From NCBI GenBank assembly GCA_965541635.1, contig CBEUCN010000003.1, positions 1-49,258 of the forward strand: a DNA stretch of 49,258 nt, read 5' to 3'. A model generated the notes under the pieces. It saw only the letters and a list, made by a program, of their open reading frames with translations, was not told where the DNA came from and did no database searches. Numbering within the stretch: the first letter of the stretch is position 1; every line of letters starts with the position of its first letter. A program made the translations under genes and the position numbers. Below are positions 6,671 through 18,176 of the stretch, piece by piece. The stretch comes from an uncultured bacterium (GTDB taxonomy: Bacteria > Omnitrophota > Gorgyraeia > Kaelpiales > Kaelpiaceae).

Positions 6671-7670
6671 TTTTCTTTGCCTCCTCTATGATCTTCTTGA
6701 CTTCTTCTGGTAAATCCATTCCGAACGAAAGTCCCATATTATTTAAAATTTCTATGAGTTCATTCAAGGATTTTTTTCCAAAGTTACGATGCTGAAGCAA
6801 TTCCTGTTCTGTAAGTTGAACAAGTTCACCAATAAGAGTAATATTTGCTTCCTTCAGGCAATTAGCACTCCTTACGGATAATTCTAACTCTGAAATTGGT
6901 GTGGTTAGTTTTTTGATGAATTCCTCATCTATTTTCTTTTCTTCCTCTTCTTCCTCTTCTTCTACAACTTCTACAAATTTTGTAAATATATCTAAATGTC
7001 TCTGAAGGATATAAGCACCATATACGAGTGCTTCTTTGGGTTCTACACTACCATTGGTCCAGATTTCTATTATTAACCTTTCATAGTCAGTAATTGCACC
7101 TACTCTGGTGTTTTCTACCCAGAAGTTTACTTTTTTTACTGGAGAAAATAGAGAATCTATAGGAATAACTCCTATAGGCATTCCTTCTCGTTTATTACGC
7201 TCTGCAGGAACCCAGCCTCTTCCTCGTGAAACTTCCATTTCTATTTCCAGTTTGGTATTATCAGTAAGAGTAGCAATATGATGGTCAGGATTTATTATTT
7301 CTACAGTTTCATCAGTTTGGATATCTTTTGCCTTTAATTCTCCTTTTTTTTCTCCCTTAAGCATAATGGTTCTGGGGCTTCTGGAATGGCAGCGAATAAT
7401 CAATCCTTTGATATTCATTATGATTTGAGGTACATCTTCCAATACTCCAGGGATAGCAGCAAACTCATGCTGGACGCCGGCAATTTTTATTGCAGTAACA
7501 GCACTGCCTTCTATAGAGGAAAGAAGTACCCTCCGTAGAGAGTTTCCAATGGTTATTCCATAACCACGTTCAAAAGGTTGAGCAATAAATTTGCCATAAG
7601 TAGCGGAATAACTTTTCTCATCTACCTCAATATTCACAGGCATTGCAAAATCTCTCATTCTTACGCCCAT
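6645..7670 (-). CDS. rpoA: RNA polymerase alpha subunit
   Basis: PFERGYGITIGNSLRRVLLSS, ELSVRSANCL and NFGKKSL. Confidence 0.99.
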   Translation of the reverse strand: MGVRMRDFAMPVNIEVDEKSYSATYGKFIAQPFERGYGITIGNSLRRVLLSSIEGSAVTAIKIAGVQHEFAAIPGVLEDVPQIIMNIKGLIIRCHSRSPRTIMLKGEKKGELKAKDIQTDETVEIINPDHHIATLTDNTKLEIEMEVSRGRGWVPAERNKREGMPIGVIPIDSLFSPVKKVNFWVENTRVGAITDYERLIIEIWTNGSVEPKEALVYGAYILQRHLDIFTKFVEVVEEEEEEEEKKIDEEFIKKLTTPISELELSVRSANCLKEANITLIGELVQLTEQELLQHRNFGKKSLNELIEILNNMGLSFGMDLPEEVKKIIEEAKKNAASQKEI

Positions 7671-7682
7671 GTTCTACCCTCC

Positions 7683-8309
7683 TTATCTAGAATAGAATTC
7701 AATTATTAACTGTTCTTGGACAGGAATTACAATATCTTCCCGAGATGGTAAAGTCAGGACTTTCCCTTCCAGTTTTTCTTTATCTAATTCCAGCCATTTC
7801 GGCACCGGCCGATCTTCACAAAGTTCCAAATTTTCTTTGATCAGATTTCGAGAAGCTTCTCTATCTTTAACAGTGATACGGTCACCTGGTTTTACAAGAT
7901 AAGAAGGAATGTTTACTCGACGGCCGTTTACATATATGTGACCGTGGTTAACAATTTGTCTGGCTTGAGCCCTACTTAAAGCAAAATTTAATCTGAATAT
8001 CACATTATCCAGTCGTCTTTCTAAAAGTTGAAGTAATATTTCTCCCGTGACTCCCTTTTTTCTGCTTGCCTCTTTATAATATTTTTTCATTTGACGTTCA
8101 CTAACTCCATAAATCCTTTTTACTTTTTGTTTCTCCCGCAATCTTATCCCATAATCAGAATGCCTTACTCTGGTTTTACCATGCTGTCCAGGAGGATATG
8201 GCCTTTTTTCAAAAGTACATTTGTCAGTAAGGCACCTTCTTCCTTTCAGAAATAATTTCATTCCTTCCCTTCTGCAGTATCTACACACTGATTCTCTTGC
8301 CTTAGCCAT
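7683..8309 (-). CDS. rpsD: 30S ribosomal protein S4 (zinc-type)
   Basis: [22 protein letters not shown] and IIEFYSR. Confidence 0.99.
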   Translation of the reverse strand: MAKARESVCRYCRREGMKLFLKGRRCLTDKCTFEKRPYPPGQHGKTRVRHSDYGIRLREKQKVKRIYGVSERQMKKYYKEASRKKGVTGEILLQLLERRLDNVIFRLNFALSRAQARQIVNHGHIYVNGRRVNIPSYLVKPGDRITVKDREASRNLIKENLELCEDRPVPKWLELDKEKLEGKVLTLPSREDIVIPVQEQLIIEFYSR

Positions 8310-8323
8310 CCTTCAATACCTCC

Positions 8324-8719
8324 TTATACTCTTCTCTTTTTTGGGGGACGACATCCGTTGTGAGGTAATGGAGTTACATCCTTTATTGCTTTAACATTAA
8401 GACCTGCAGTCTGTAGTGCCCTTATTGCTGTTTCTCTTCCAGCACCAGGGCCTTTTACATGGACTATAATATTCTTTACTCCATACTCCATTGCTTTTTT
8501 AGCAACATCATTTGCGGCCAACTGAGCTGCAAATGGAGTAGATTTTCGAGTTCCTTTAAATCCTACCACTCCTCCACTTGACCAAGCAAGAACATTACCT
8601 TCAGGATCAGTAATTGTAATAATAGTGTTGTTAAATGTAGCCTGAATATGGGCTATTGCTAATGGAACCTGTCTGGTTATTTTTTTCCTTCTTCTTGTTC
8701 TTAGCCTCTTCTGAGCCAT
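8324..8719 (-). CDS. rpsK: 30S ribosomal protein S11
   Basis: [19 protein letters not shown] and PHNGCRPPK. Confidence 0.99.
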   Translation of the reverse strand: MAQKRLRTRRRKKITRQVPLAIAHIQATFNNTIITITDPEGNVLAWSSGGVVGFKGTRKSTPFAAQLAANDVAKKAMEYGVKNIIVHVKGPGAGRETAIRALQTAGLNVKAIKDVTPLPHNGCRPPKKRRV

Positions 8720-8724
8720 CTAAA

Positions 8725-9105
8725 TTATCCCTCCCGTTTTTTCTTCTTGACACCAATCCCTGGACGAGGTCCTTTTCTGGTTCTGGCATTGGTTCTGGTT
8801 CTCTGCCCCCTTACTGGAAGTCCTAATTTATGTCTTATTCCGCGATAACATCCTATTTCCATCAGATGTCTGATATTCTGCTGAATTTCCCTTTTAAGTT
8901 CACCTTCTACTTTATAATTCTTCTGAATATATTCAGTAATACGGGAAATTTCTTCTTCACTTAAATCTTTGGTTTTTTTATCACCAGATATGTGAGTATT
9001 TTTCAGTATCTCTTTAGCCCGTGAACGTCCAATTCCAAATATATAAGTTAGTGCTATTTCTATTCTCTTTTCCTTGGGTAAATCAACACCTACAACTCTG
9101 GCCAT
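8725..9105 (-). CDS. rpsM: 30S ribosomal protein S13
   Basis: [10 protein letters not shown] and [17 protein letters not shown]. Confidence 0.99.
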   Translation of the reverse strand: MARVVGVDLPKEKRIEIALTYIFGIGRSRAKEILKNTHISGDKKTKDLSEEEISRITEYIQKNYKVEGELKREIQQNIRHLMEIGCYRGIRHKLGLPVRGQRTRTNARTRKGPRPGIGVKKKKREG

Positions 9106-9120
9106 TTTTTACCTCCAGTA

Positions 9121-9234
9121 TTAACCCTGTCTTTGTTTATGTTTGGGATTTACACAAATTACTCTTATTACACCTTTCCTCTTTATTATTCGACATTTAT
9201 CACACAATCTTTTGACAGATGCCTTTACCTTCAT
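9121..9234 (-). CDS. rpmJ: 50S ribosomal protein L36 (missing from the ORF track)
   Basis: Hand translation gives [37 protein letters not shown]. Lies between infA and rpsM. Confidence 0.98.
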   Translation of the reverse strand: MKVKASVKRLCDKCRIIKRKGVIRVICVNPKHKQRQG

Positions 9235-9244
9235 AATAATCACC

Positions 9245-9460
9245 TCACTTACGATAAATAATTCTTCCTCGTGATAAATCATAAGGAGAAAGTTCAACTA
9301 CTACCTTATCACCCGGTAAAAGTTTTATGTAATGCATTCGCATCTTTCCACATACATGGGCAAGAACTATATGCCCTTCTCCTACTTCTATCCGAAACAT
9401 GGCATTAGGTAGCGCCTCCAGTACTGTTCCTTCAACTCTAATTGGTTCTTCTTTACCCAT
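9245..9460 (-). CDS. infA: Translation initiation factor IF-1
   Basis: [16 protein letters not shown] and [10 protein letters not shown]. Confidence 0.99.
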   Translation of the reverse strand: MGKEEPIRVEGTVLEALPNAMFRIEVGEGHIVLAHVCGKMRMHYIKLLPGDKVVVELSPYDLSRGRIIYRK

Positions 9461-10223
9461 AATTAAATTCAGTTAAAATCTCTGGTTGTTCACCCGAAAT
9501 TAAAATTGTGTGTTCAAAATGTGCTGATAATTTACCATCTTTTGTAATTGCTGTCCAGCCATCTTTAAGGATTTCCACCTCATAACTTCCAGCATTTACC
9601 ATCGGCTCTATAGCCAGAACCATTCCATTTTTCAATTCTGGTCCCTCTCCTGGAAATCCAAAATTGGGAATTTCCGGTTCCTCATGAAGCTGTTTTCCAA
9701 TACCATGTCCTACAAATCTTCTCACCACTGAAAATCCATGCTGGTTTACATAATTTTCTATAGCTGATGAAATATCTCCTAGTTTATTTCCTGCCTGTGC
9801 CTTAGATATGCCAATATAAAGTGAGTTTCTGGTTGTCTCTATAAGTTTTTTCGCCAAAAGAGATATTTTACCAACTCCAAATGTCGCTGCTACATCTCCA
9901 TAATATCCTTTAAATCTCACTCCCAGGTCTATACTGATAATATCTCCAGATTTTAAGATTCTATCTCGGCTAGGAATGCCATGAACCACCTCATTATTTA
10001 TAGAAGCACATATAGTTTTAGGATAACCACGATAACCTTTAAAAGCAGGGTAAGCCTTAAATTTTAAGATCATTTTTTCTGCAAATTCATCAAGACTTTC
10101 AGTATCTATTCCAGGAGCAATTTTGTCCTGAATAGCTTCTAAAACTTTTCCCGCTATCTTACAGGCTTTCCGAATTTTTTTAATCTCTTCCCGGTTTTTT
10201 ATAAGAATAGTCATTGTAAGCAT
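9453..10223 (-). CDS. map: Methionine aminopeptidase type I
   Basis: VVHGIP, GHGIG, LHEEP, AIEPM and SAHFEHT. The start may be at 10214. Confidence 0.98.
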   Translation of the reverse strand: MLTMTILIKNREEIKKIRKACKIAGKVLEAIQDKIAPGIDTESLDEFAEKMILKFKAYPAFKGYRGYPKTICASINNEVVHGIPSRDRILKSGDIISIDLGVRFKGYYGDVAATFGVGKISLLAKKLIETTRNSLYIGISKAQAGNKLGDISSAIENYVNQHGFSVVRRFVGHGIGKQLHEEPEIPNFGFPGEGPELKNGMVLAIEPMVNAGSYEVEILKDGWTAITKDGKLSAHFEHTILISGEQPEILTEFNYG

Positions 10224-10227
10224 ATAT

Positions 10228-10902
10228 TCAATTTACCTGTTCTAGTTCGGTTAATTTTTCTTCCACCTTTTTAAATATATCCTTAGCAGATAAATCACCG
10301 GAAATTGTAAACAGAATATTTTTATTCCGATAATAGTCTATAATTTCTCTAGTCTGAGTTTCATAGATTTCTAACCGTTTACGAATAGTCTCTTCCTTAT
10401 CATCTTCTCTCTGATAGAGTTCTCCACCACAGCGATCACATATTCCTTCTTCCTTGGGGGGAGAATATTTTATGTGATAGTTTGCTCCGCAGTGAAGACA
10501 TACTCTTCTTCCTGTTAATCTGTCCAATATGGTTTCATAACTGGTTTTCAGATATATTGCCAGATCAAGCTGTTTATTTAAAACTTTAAGGATTTCATCC
10601 AGTCCCTCAGCCTGGATTTTTGTTCTGGGAAAGCCGTCAAGGATAAATCCATTTTTAACATCGTTTTCCTGTAATCTGGTTCTAACCATTTCCAAAACAA
10701 GATTGTCTGGAACCAGTTCCCCTTTCTGGACATACACCTTTATTTCTTGAGATAACTGTGATTGATTATCTTTTAAAATCTCCCGAAACATATCTCCGGT
10801 AGAGATATGAGGTATTTTATATCGCTTGGCCAGTAGATCAGCCTGGGTGCCTTTCCCGGCTCCTGGTGGTCCCATTATTATAAGATTATATCCTGATTTC
10901 AT
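10228..10902 (-). CDS. adk: Adenylate kinase (zinc-binding LID)
   Basis: GPPGAGKGTQA, LDGFPRT and a CxxC...CxxC lid. Confidence 0.99.
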   Translation of the reverse strand: MKSGYNLIIMGPPGAGKGTQADLLAKRYKIPHISTGDMFREILKDNQSQLSQEIKVYVQKGELVPDNLVLEMVRTRLQENDVKNGFILDGFPRTKIQAEGLDEILKVLNKQLDLAIYLKTSYETILDRLTGRRVCLHCGANYHIKYSPPKEEGICDRCGGELYQREDDKEETIRKRLEIYETQTREIIDYYRNKNILFTISGDLSAKDIFKKVEEKLTELEQVN

Positions 10903-12242
10903 CTCCTTCCTCTTATTTTTCCTTTTCGCATAAATCCTTCATATTGTCTCATTAACAATTGCGATTCTAATTGTCTTTCGGTATCCAAAAGAACGCCAAC
11001 AATAATTAAAAGTCCTGTTCCTCCAAAGAAACTCGCCACCAGATAAGGTATGTGAAGAGAATAAGAGATAATCGATGGAAGTATTGCAATTATGGCTAAA
11101 AATATAGAACCGGGAAGAGTGATTCTAGTCATTATATAATCAAGAAAATCAGCAGTATTTTTACCAGGTCTTACTCCGGGAATAAATCCTCCAAATCTTT
11201 TCATATTTTCAGCAACATCAGTAGGGTTAAATATTATTGCAGTATAAAAATAGCTGAAGAAAATTATTAATCCACTATACAGAATGTAATAAAGTAAACT
11301 TCCTCGCGTAAATAGAGATATTATTCTTTGTAGATTTTGTGATGGAAAAAATCCAGCAATAGTGGCAGGGAAAAGTAAGACAGATTGGGCAAATATGATG
11401 GGGATAACTCCAGCTTGATTTATTCTCAGGGGGATGTAGGTACTCTGTCCTCCATATACTTTCCTGCCAATTACTCGCCGAGCATACTGGACTGGAATTC
11501 TTCTTTGTCCCTGGGTTAAAAGTACAACCGCAACAACAACTGCCACTAGCATTACAGCCATTATTATCAAGGTGAATGGTTTAATCTGTCCTCCTGCTGG
11601 AGAAAATGGTGCAGTTAAAAGAAAAAGTTGATAAAGAGCAGCTGGAATACGAGAGATAATACCAGCAGTAATCAAAATAGAAATTCCATTGCCAATCCCG
11701 TATTCTGTAATTTGTTCTCCGAGCCACATTATGAAGATTGTTCCTGTAGTTAAAGTAATCACTGTAGAGAATCTAAATCCCCATCCAGGATTGAAAACAA
11801 TTTGATATCCTCTGAAATATTCCGAATTTTCTAACCATAAACTGATAAAAAATGCTTGGAAAGCTGTTATTACCACTGTTAAATATCTTGTCCACTGATT
11901 TATTTTTTCTCTTCCTCTTTCTTCATGAGCAAGTTTTTCTAGGGCTGGAATTACTGGGGTAAGAACTTGAAGTATTATTGCTGCTGAGATATAGGGCATC
12001 ACTCCTAAAGCAAAAATGGTCAGCCTCCTCATTGCTCCCCCTGTGAACATGTTTATAATTCCGAATAGATTACCACCAGGGGTATCGGCTAAGGATTTGA
12101 AGAATTCGGAAAGGGCCTGACCATTTATACCTGGAGTAGGAATGTAAGCCCCTATCCTATATACAGCAATCAATCCTAATGTGATCAGAAGTTTTTTTCT
12201 TAAATCCCTTATTTTGAATACATTAATGATTGCATTAATCAT
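10899..12242 (-). CDS. secY: Preprotein translocase SecY
   Basis: IFALGVMPYISA, GIGNGIS, AGVIPIIFA and FGGTGLLI. Confidence 0.99.
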   Translation of the reverse strand: MINAIINVFKIRDLRKKLLITLGLIAVYRIGAYIPTPGINGQALSEFFKSLADTPGGNLFGIINMFTGGAMRRLTIFALGVMPYISAAIILQVLTPVIPALEKLAHEERGREKINQWTRYLTVVITAFQAFFISLWLENSEYFRGYQIVFNPGWGFRFSTVITLTTGTIFIMWLGEQITEYGIGNGISILITAGIISRIPAALYQLFLLTAPFSPAGGQIKPFTLIIMAVMLVAVVVAVVLLTQGQRRIPVQYARRVIGRKVYGGQSTYIPLRINQAGVIPIIFAQSVLLFPATIAGFFPSQNLQRIISLFTRGSLLYYILYSGLIIFFSYFYTAIIFNPTDVAENMKRFGGFIPGVRPGKNTADFLDYIMTRITLPGSIFLAIIAILPSIISYSLHIPYLVASFFGGTGLLIIVGVLLDTERQLESQLLMRQYEGFMRKGKIRGRR

Positions 12243-12245
12243 TTT

Positions 12246-12692
12246 TTAAATTTTTATTGTTTTCCCACCTTTAGATTCAATTTTTTCTTTAGCAGATTTG
12301 CTAAAAGCATGAGCGCAAACTTCCAGTTTTTTATCCAATTCTCCCTTGCCCAAAATTTTTACTGGCTTGTTAATGTAACGGATAATTCCTTTTTGTTTTA
12401 AGGTTTCAGGAGTTATCTTATCACCATTCTGAAATTTAATATTTAAACTTAAAATATTTACTTCCTGGTATTCTTTAGTAAATCTGGCATTATTAAATCC
12501 TCTTTTTGGTATTCTTCTAATCAGTGGCATCTGTCCACCTTCAAAATATGGTCGAATCCCAGGATGGGATCTTTTTTTCTGTCCATCCATTCCCCGGCCA
12601 CAAGTTTTACCGTATCCAGAACCAGAACCTCTTCCTACTCTTTTTTTCTTCCTGTTTGCTCCTGGTGGTGATTTTATTTCATGCAACTGCAT
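12246..12692 (-). CDS. rplO: 50S ribosomal protein L15
   Basis: RVGRGSGSG and FEGGQMPL. Start moved to the ATG at 12692 (MQLHEI). Confidence 0.97.
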   Translation of the reverse strand: MQLHEIKSPPGANRKKKRVGRGSGSGYGKTCGRGMDGQKKRSHPGIRPYFEGGQMPLIRRIPKRGFNNARFTKEYQEVNILSLNIKFQNGDKITPETLKQKGIIRYINKPVKILGKGELDKKLEVCAHAFSKSAKEKIESKGGKTIKI

Positions 12693-13200
12693 TTTCTCCC
12701 ACCTCTTCATCTTTTTTGTTGGTTTCTATACCAGAGTTAACAAGTTGAGATTCTCTCGCCAGTCGTAATTGCCTGAGGGCAACCATTGTTGCTTTGGCCA
12801 GATTTACTGGGGTGGTAGACCCCAAGGCTTTAGTCAAAATATCTTTTATCCCAGCCATTTCACATATTGCTCTCACTACACCTCCAGCAATCACTCCTGT
12901 TCCTTGGGAAGCAGGCTTTAACAATACTTTAGATGCACCAAAACAACCCACTACTTCATGAGGAATAGTAGTTCCTTGAAGAGCAACTTTTGTCATATTT
13001 TTCTTTGCTTCTTTTATACCTTTTCGAATAGCATCGGCTACTTCATGGGCTTTTCCCAGTCCAATGCCCACTTTACCCTGGCCATCTCCTACAGTAACCA
13101 AGGCATTAAATGAAATACTTTTCCCACCCTTATGAACTTTGGTAACACGATTTATGGTTATAACCTTTTCCGAAATTACAACTTCCTGTTCTTCTACCAC
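12679..13200 (-). CDS. rpsE: 30S ribosomal protein S5
   Basis: RVTKVHKGG and [12 protein letters not shown]. Start moved to the GTG at 13200, which has an AGGAGG SD. Confidence 0.97.
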   Translation of the reverse strand: MVEEQEVVISEKVITINRVTKVHKGGKSISFNALVTVGDGQGKVGIGLGKAHEVADAIRKGIKEAKKNMTKVALQGTTIPHEVVGCFGASKVLLKPASQGTGVIAGGVVRAICEMAGIKDILTKALGSTTPVNLAKATMVALRQLRLARESQLVNSGIETNKKDEEVGENAVA

Positions 13201-13213
13201 TTCTCTACCTCCT

Positions 13214-13591
13214 TTAAAATTCCAAACCTGCTTCCCGAGCAGCATCTGCTAAGGCTTTTACTCTTCCATGATATTTATATCCACCACGGTCAAAAACCAC
13301 CTTGGTAATTCCTTTTTCCTTTGCTTTTTCCCCCAGTAGTTTCCCAACTTTTCTGGCTGCTTCTATATTCCCACCCGTTTTCAGTTCTGCTTTCAGTTCG
13401 GGAGAAAGAGTTGATACTGTGAGGAGAGTTTTACCTTGCGTATCATCTATTAGATGGGCATATATATGCCTTAAACTCCGAAATACAAAAAGTCGCGGAC
13501 GTTCTGAAGTTCCAAAAATCTTCTTTCTTATTCTCTTATGCCTTCTTAATCTTGCTTTTCTCTTTTTTTTCATCAAGTTAGAAATGTCCAT
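13214..13591 (-). CDS. rplR: 50S ribosomal protein L18
   Basis: RPRLFVFRS and [12 protein letters not shown]. Confidence 0.99.
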   Translation of the reverse strand: MDISNLMKKKRKARLRRHKRIRKKIFGTSERPRLFVFRSLRHIYAHLIDDTQGKTLLTVSTLSPELKAELKTGGNIEAARKVGKLLGEKAKEKGITKVVFDRGGYKYHGRVKALADAAREAGLEF

Positions 13592-13594
13592 TTG

Positions 13595-14134
13595 TTACTT
13601 TACTCCTGCTTTTCCTGCTTTTCTCCGGACATATTCTCCTCGATACCTTATTCCTTTTCCTTTATATGGTTCCGGAGGATAATAATCTCTAATTTCAGCA
13701 GCCACTTCTCCTACTTTCTGCTTGTCTATCCCTTTAACTATTATAGTAGTAGGGTTAGGAGTCTCTATAGTTATACCTTCTGGTATAGGATATTCTACAG
13801 GATGAGAAAATCCTAATTGCATAACTAACTTTTTCCCTTGGACCTGAGCGCGATATCCTACTCCTACTATCTCCAACTCTTTCTGAAATCCCTGTGTTAC
13901 ACCAACTACCATATTATTTATAATTGCTCTGGTAAGTCCGTGAAGAGCACGGATTCTTTTTTCGTCACTTTCTCTTTTAACAATTACCTGGTCATTTTCA
14001 ATTTCCACTTTTATTCCCTCTGGTATCTGGAAATTTAATTTTCCTTTAGGACCTTCAATTAAAATATCTCTATTCTGGATATAACATTTCACATTATTAG
14101 GTAAACGTACTGGTTTTTTTCCTATCCTAGACAT
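13595..14134 (-). CDS. rplF: 50S ribosomal protein L6
   Basis: MSRIGK, GVGYRA and PEPYKGKGIRY. Confidence 0.99.
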   Translation of the reverse strand: MSRIGKKPVRLPNNVKCYIQNRDILIEGPKGKLNFQIPEGIKVEIENDQVIVKRESDEKRIRALHGLTRAIINNMVVGVTQGFQKELEIVGVGYRAQVQGKKLVMQLGFSHPVEYPIPEGITIETPNPTTIIVKGIDKQKVGEVAAEIRDYYPPEPYKGKGIRYRGEYVRRKAGKAGVK

Positions 14135-14149
14135 GGCGTATTCTCCTTT

Positions 14150-14548
14150 TTAATATACATAGCAGATGACTTCTCCTCCTACTTTTAATTTTCTTGCTTG
14201 GTCATCAGTAACTACTCCTTTTGAAGTAGTCAATATAGCTGTTCCTATCCCTCTTAATACTCTGGGAACTTCCTCTTTATTTACATACACTCTTCTACCT
14301 GGTTTAGAAATTCTTTTAATATCAATCAACGCTGGGCTATTTTTATTCAGATATTTGAGATAAACTCTGATTATTCCCTGTTTATTATCTTCTATGAATC
14401 TATAATCTTTTATATACCCTTCTCTTTTTAGAATATCTATTATCGCTAATAACAGTTTGGAACCTTTTAAATTCACTACCTCTTTTCTCGCACGATAGGC
14501 ATTTTTAATTTTTACAAAAGCATCAGCCAAGGGATCGGTTACACTCAT
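14150..14548 (-). CDS. rpsH: 30S ribosomal protein S8
   Basis: DPLAD, ISKPGRRVY and VGGEVIC. Confidence 0.99.
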   Translation of the reverse strand: MSVTDPLADAFVKIKNAYRARKEVVNLKGSKLLLAIIDILKREGYIKDYRFIEDNKQGIIRVYLKYLNKNSPALIDIKRISKPGRRVYVNKEEVPRVLRGIGTAILTTSKGVVTDDQARKLKVGGEVICYVY

Positions 14549-14557
14549 CTTTACCTC

Positions 14558-14743
14558 CTACCAGCTCGCTTTGGTAACTCCAGGAATTTCTCCCCGGGAG
14601 GCCATTTCCCGAAAACATATTCTGCACAATCCAAATCTTCTCATATAACCGTGTCTTCGTCCACATATCTGACAGCGGTTATATTTTCGCACTTTAAATT
14701 TTGGTTCTTTCTGCGCTCGTAAAATTTGGGATTTTTTTGGCAT
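14558..14743 (-). CDS. rpsZ: 30S ribosomal protein S14, type Z (zinc-binding)
   Basis: 61 aa with RCQICGR...CRICFR and GVTKASW. Confidence 0.98.
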   Translation of the reverse strand: MPKKSQILRAQKEPKFKVRKYNRCQICGRRHGYMRRFGLCRICFREMASRGEIPGVTKASW

Positions 14744-14745
14744 TT

Positions 14746-15294
14746 CTATTTCCTCCTGAAAGGCATTCCTAAAAGTTTTAATAGTTCCAATGCTTCCTGC
14801 TTAGTTTTAGCAGTGGTCACAAATGTTATATCCATTCCTTGAATATTTTTTACTTTATCAAGGTTAATTTCTGGAAATATTGTCTGTTCTTTTAGTCCTA
14901 GAGTATAATTACCACCACCATCAAATCCTTTATTTGTAGGTAAACCCTGAAAGTCTCTTACTCGTGGTAAGGCAACATTAACCAAGCGATCAAAAAATTC
15001 GTACATTTTATCCCCTCGCAATGTTACCTTACAGCCTACAGGCATCCCTTTTCTGATTTTAAAGTTAGAGATTGATTTTTTTGCTCGTGTTATCATAGGA
15101 TGTTGTCCAGTAATTTGTGCTAATTCTTCCACCGCTCTATCTAAAATTTCAATATTGTGAGCACCTTCCCCTACTCCCATGTTAATGATGATCTTGTATA
15201 ATTTTGGAACCTGATGGATGTTTTTATATCCGAACTTTATCATTAATTCTGGAATTACTTTATCCCGATAATAATTATAAAGTCGAGCCTTCAT
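14746..15294 (-). CDS. rplE: 50S ribosomal protein L5
   Basis: NMGVG, KVTLRG and LPRVRDF. Confidence 0.99.
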   Translation of the reverse strand: MKARLYNYYRDKVIPELMIKFGYKNIHQVPKLYKIIINMGVGEGAHNIEILDRAVEELAQITGQHPMITRAKKSISNFKIRKGMPVGCKVTLRGDKMYEFFDRLVNVALPRVRDFQGLPTNKGFDGGGNYTLGLKEQTIFPEINLDKVKNIQGMDITFVTTAKTKQEALELLKLLGMPFRRK

Positions 15295-15602
15295 ATCGTT
15301 TCACCACACTTTTTACATACCCTTACTTTAGTGCCATCTTCCAGAATTTTAAATCCTACCCGCACGCCTCTACCACATCTATTGCATACCGGCATTACAT
15401 TAGAGATATGAATTGGTGCCTCCATTTCTATAATTCCACCGGGCATATCCTGTCTTCTTTGTCGCATATGCTTTTTCACTATATTTATTCCCTGAACAAG
15501 TACTCTTTGATTTTGAGGATAAACTCTGATTACTTTTCCTCTTCTTCCTTTATCTTTACCAGTAATTACTTCTACAGTATCACCTTTTTTTATTCTTGCC
15601 AT
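15291..15602 (-). CDS. rplX: 50S ribosomal protein L24
   Basis: [24 protein letters not shown] and two CxxC motifs. Confidence 0.99.
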   Translation of the reverse strand: MARIKKGDTVEVITGKDKGRRGKVIRVYPQNQRVLVQGINIVKKHMRQRRQDMPGGIIEMEAPIHISNVMPVCNRCGRGVRVGFKILEDGTKVRVCKKCGETI

Positions 15603-15611
15603 CGCATCCTC

Positions 15612-15980
15612 CTACAAAACTTCTGGTGCCAGAGAAATTATCTTCATGAAATTTTTGTCTCTTAATTCCCGAGCAACAGGCCCAAATACTCTGGTGCCAC
15701 GAGGATTCCCTTGTTTATCAATTAATACCACAGCATTACTATCAAATTTTATCCAAGTGCCATCACTGCGCTTTACTGGAAATTTGGTTCTTACCACCAC
15801 TGCTCTTACAACTTCTCCTTTTTTTACTGCTCCCTCAGGAGAGGCTTCCTTTACACTGGCAGTAATAACATCACCAATTTCAGCATATTTTTTATTAGAA
15901 CGACCAATAACTTTTATGCAAGCAACTTTTTTAGCTCCGCTGTTATCAGCCACATCTAATCGGGTTCGCATTTGAATCAT
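15612..15980 (-). CDS. rplN: 50S ribosomal protein L14
   Basis: [16 protein letters not shown] and SLAPEVL. Confidence 0.99.
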   Translation of the reverse strand: MIQMRTRLDVADNSGAKKVACIKVIGRSNKKYAEIGDVITASVKEASPEGAVKKGEVVRAVVVRTKFPVKRSDGTWIKFDSNAVVLIDKQGNPRGTRVFGPVARELRDKNFMKIISLAPEVL

Positions 15981-16228
15981 TTCAACACCTCAACCAATCG
16001 CCATCTTTTCTCCTTAGAAAGAGGACGAGTTTCTACTATTTTGACTTTATCTCCTATCTTGGCTTTATTCTCTTCGTCATGGGCTTTATATTTTTTGAAT
16101 TTTTTAATTGTTTTTTTGTACAACGGATGCTTTACCAATCTTTCCACTTTGACCACAATAGTTTTTTCCATTTTGTCTGAAACTACAGTTCCAATAAGTT
16201 CTTTCCTTTTACCTCTTTTCTTGTTCAT
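15977..16228 (-). CDS. rpsQ: 30S ribosomal protein S17
   Basis: VVSDKMEKT and ETRPLSK. Confidence 0.99.
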   Translation of the reverse strand: MNKKRGKRKELIGTVVSDKMEKTIVVKVERLVKHPLYKKTIKKFKKYKAHDEENKAKIGDKVKIVETRPLSKEKRWRLVEVLK

Positions 16229-16229
16229 T

Positions 16230-16427
16230 TTAACTTACCTGTCTTTTTCTTTCGTTAAGAATTGTTTTTATTCTGGCTATGTCCCTTTTACAAGCTTTTA
16301 TTTCATGAGGTTTTTCCAGTCTCCCTATTTTAATGTCAGAACGTAACTGAAATAACTTTTTATATAACTCGTCCATTTTTTGATTTAACTCTTCATTAGT
16401 TAGGTTCCGTAAGTCTTTTGCTTTCAT
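16230..16427 (-). CDS. rpmC: 50S ribosomal protein L29
   Basis: MKAKDLR...RDIARIKT. Start moved to the ATG at 16427. Confidence 0.97.
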   Translation of the reverse strand: MKAKDLRNLTNEELNQKMDELYKKLFQLRSDIKIGRLEKPHEIKACKRDIARIKTILNERKRQVS

Positions 16428-16840
16428 AATGCTTCTCTCTTTACAAACTTGCATTCCACGGGAAGTTTGTCAGAAGCTACCTTAAATGCTTCCTTAGCCA
16501 TCTCTTCAGGAACTCCTTCTAATTCAAATATAATTCGTCCTCTTTTTACAACTGCTACCCAAAATTCTACGTTTCCTTTTCCTTTACCCATTCTGGTCTC
16601 CAAAGGTTTTTTAGTAACTGGTTTGTCTGGAAATATTCTAATCCATAATTTACCACCTCGTTTTAACTGCCTAGTAATAGCCACACGTGCCGCCTCAATC
16701 TGACGGTTTGTTATCCAGGCATTACTTATAGCCTGCAAACCATACTCTCCAAATACAATGGTTGTCCCTCCTTTGGAGATTCCTTTCCTTCTGCCCCTCT
16801 GAGCTTTACGATATTTTACTCTTTTGGGCATCATAACCAT
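16424..16840 (-). CDS. rplP: 50S ribosomal protein L16
   Basis: QIEAAR, WIRIFPD and RMGKGKG. Confidence 0.99.
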   Translation of the reverse strand: MVMMPKRVKYRKAQRGRRKGISKGGTTIVFGEYGLQAISNAWITNRQIEAARVAITRQLKRGGKLWIRIFPDKPVTKKPLETRMGKGKGNVEFWVAVVKRGRIIFELEGVPEEMAKEAFKVASDKLPVECKFVKREAL

Positions 16841-16842
16841 TT

Positions 16843-17499
16843 TTAACTCTCCGTTTCTTTATCCTTTTCTAAAATGGCGTCTCCTTTATAGATCCAGACT
16901 TTGACTCCAATAAGTCCTGCTGTGGTTTTAGCCTCGGCAAATCCATAATCTATATCCGCTCTCAAAGTTTGAAGGGGAATTTTGCCTTCTTTATAAGTTT
17001 CACTACGCGCAATTTCAGCACCTCCAAGTCTACCTGCACAGTTGATCTTTATTCCTTTTGCTCCTCCTTCTATTGCCATTTGAATTGCTCTTTTCATAGC
17101 CCGGCGATGAGAAACTCTTTTTTCAATTTGAAGTGCTACATTTTCGGCAACTAACTGAGCACATACTGCAGGATTATTTACTTCTTTTATATCTATTACC
17201 AGTTCTTTGTCTTTAACTATATCCTGAAGATCTTCCTGAATTCTATCAATTTCAGCACCTCTTCTCCCAATAATTACTCCTGGACGAGCACTGTGAATTA
17301 TTACTCTTACTTTTTCAGGGTATCTTTCAATCTCTACATTGGCAATACCAGCATATTTAAGATTTTCTTTGATATACTTCCTTATTGCAAAATCTTCTTT
17401 TATGAATCTTTTTATATCCTGAGGTCGAGCAAACCACCGCGAACTCCAAGTTTTTATATATCCCAATCTATACCCGATTGGATGGACCTTTTGTCCCAT
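16843..17499 (-). CDS. rpsC: 30S ribosomal protein S3
   Basis: [17 protein letters not shown] and [11 protein letters not shown]. Confidence 0.99.
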   Translation of the reverse strand: MGQKVHPIGYRLGYIKTWSSRWFARPQDIKRFIKEDFAIRKYIKENLKYAGIANVEIERYPEKVRVIIHSARPGVIIGRRGAEIDRIQEDLQDIVKDKELVIDIKEVNNPAVCAQLVAENVALQIEKRVSHRRAMKRAIQMAIEGGAKGIKINCAGRLGGAEIARSETYKEGKIPLQTLRADIDYGFAEAKTTAGLIGVKVWIYKGDAILEKDKETES

Positions 17500-17871
17500 T
17501 TATTTCTCTCCTCCTTTTGTTTTTAAAACTGGTGGATTCTTTAAATCCAGTTCTACAGTGATATGAGAAGTTCTTCTTCTGACCATTACTGCTCTCCCCA
17601 TACTTGCTGCACGATATCTTTTAAGCATTGGTCCCTGATCAGCAAAAATCCGGGATATATATAACTCCTGCATTTTAAGTCCATGATTATTCTCAGCGTT
17701 GGCTATTGCTGAATTCAAGACCTTTGCTACTATCCGTGCTGATTTCTTATTTAAATTATTTAATACCATTAATGCCTGCACTACATCTTTACCCCTAATC
17801 ATATCTATTACCTGTCTCACCTTACGGGGAGAAACTCGTATAAATCTTGCTTTAGCCCTGGTTACTGCCAT
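17500..17871 (-). CDS. rplV: 50S ribosomal protein L22
   Basis: SPRKVR, SAIANAENN and TSHITV. Confidence 0.99.
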   Translation of the reverse strand: MAVTRAKARFIRVSPRKVRQVIDMIRGKDVVQALMVLNNLNKKSARIVAKVLNSAIANAENNHGLKMQELYISRIFADQGPMLKRYRAASMGRAVMVRRRTSHITVELDLKNPPVLKTKGGEK

Positions 17872-17882
17872 TGTTTTCCACC

Positions 17883-18170
17883 TTACTTTTTCTGAAGTTT
17901 AGCCTTGGCTTTAATGCCACCATGGCCACGAAAAGTCCTTGTGGGAGCAAATTCTCCCAGTTTATGTCCTACCATTTTTTCTGTAACATGTACTGGAATA
18001 AATGTCTTGCCATTGTGAACTTCAAAAGTAAATCCCACGAACTCCGGTATTATTGTTGATCGCCGAGACCAGGTTCGGATAGGGCGTTTTTCTCCTGATT
18101 GTAACATCTTTTTTACCTTTTTCAGTAATTTTTCATCAACAAAAGGTCCCTTTTTAAGTGATCTCGGCAT
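17883..18170 (-). CDS. rpsS: 30S ribosomal protein S19
   Basis: RSLKKGPF and [11 protein letters not shown]. Confidence 0.99.
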   Translation of the reverse strand: MPRSLKKGPFVDEKLLKKVKKMLQSGEKRPIRTWSRRSTIIPEFVGFTFEVHNGKTFIPVHVTEKMVGHKLGEFAPTRTFRGHGGIKAKAKLQKK

Positions 18171-18176
18171 TGGTTA

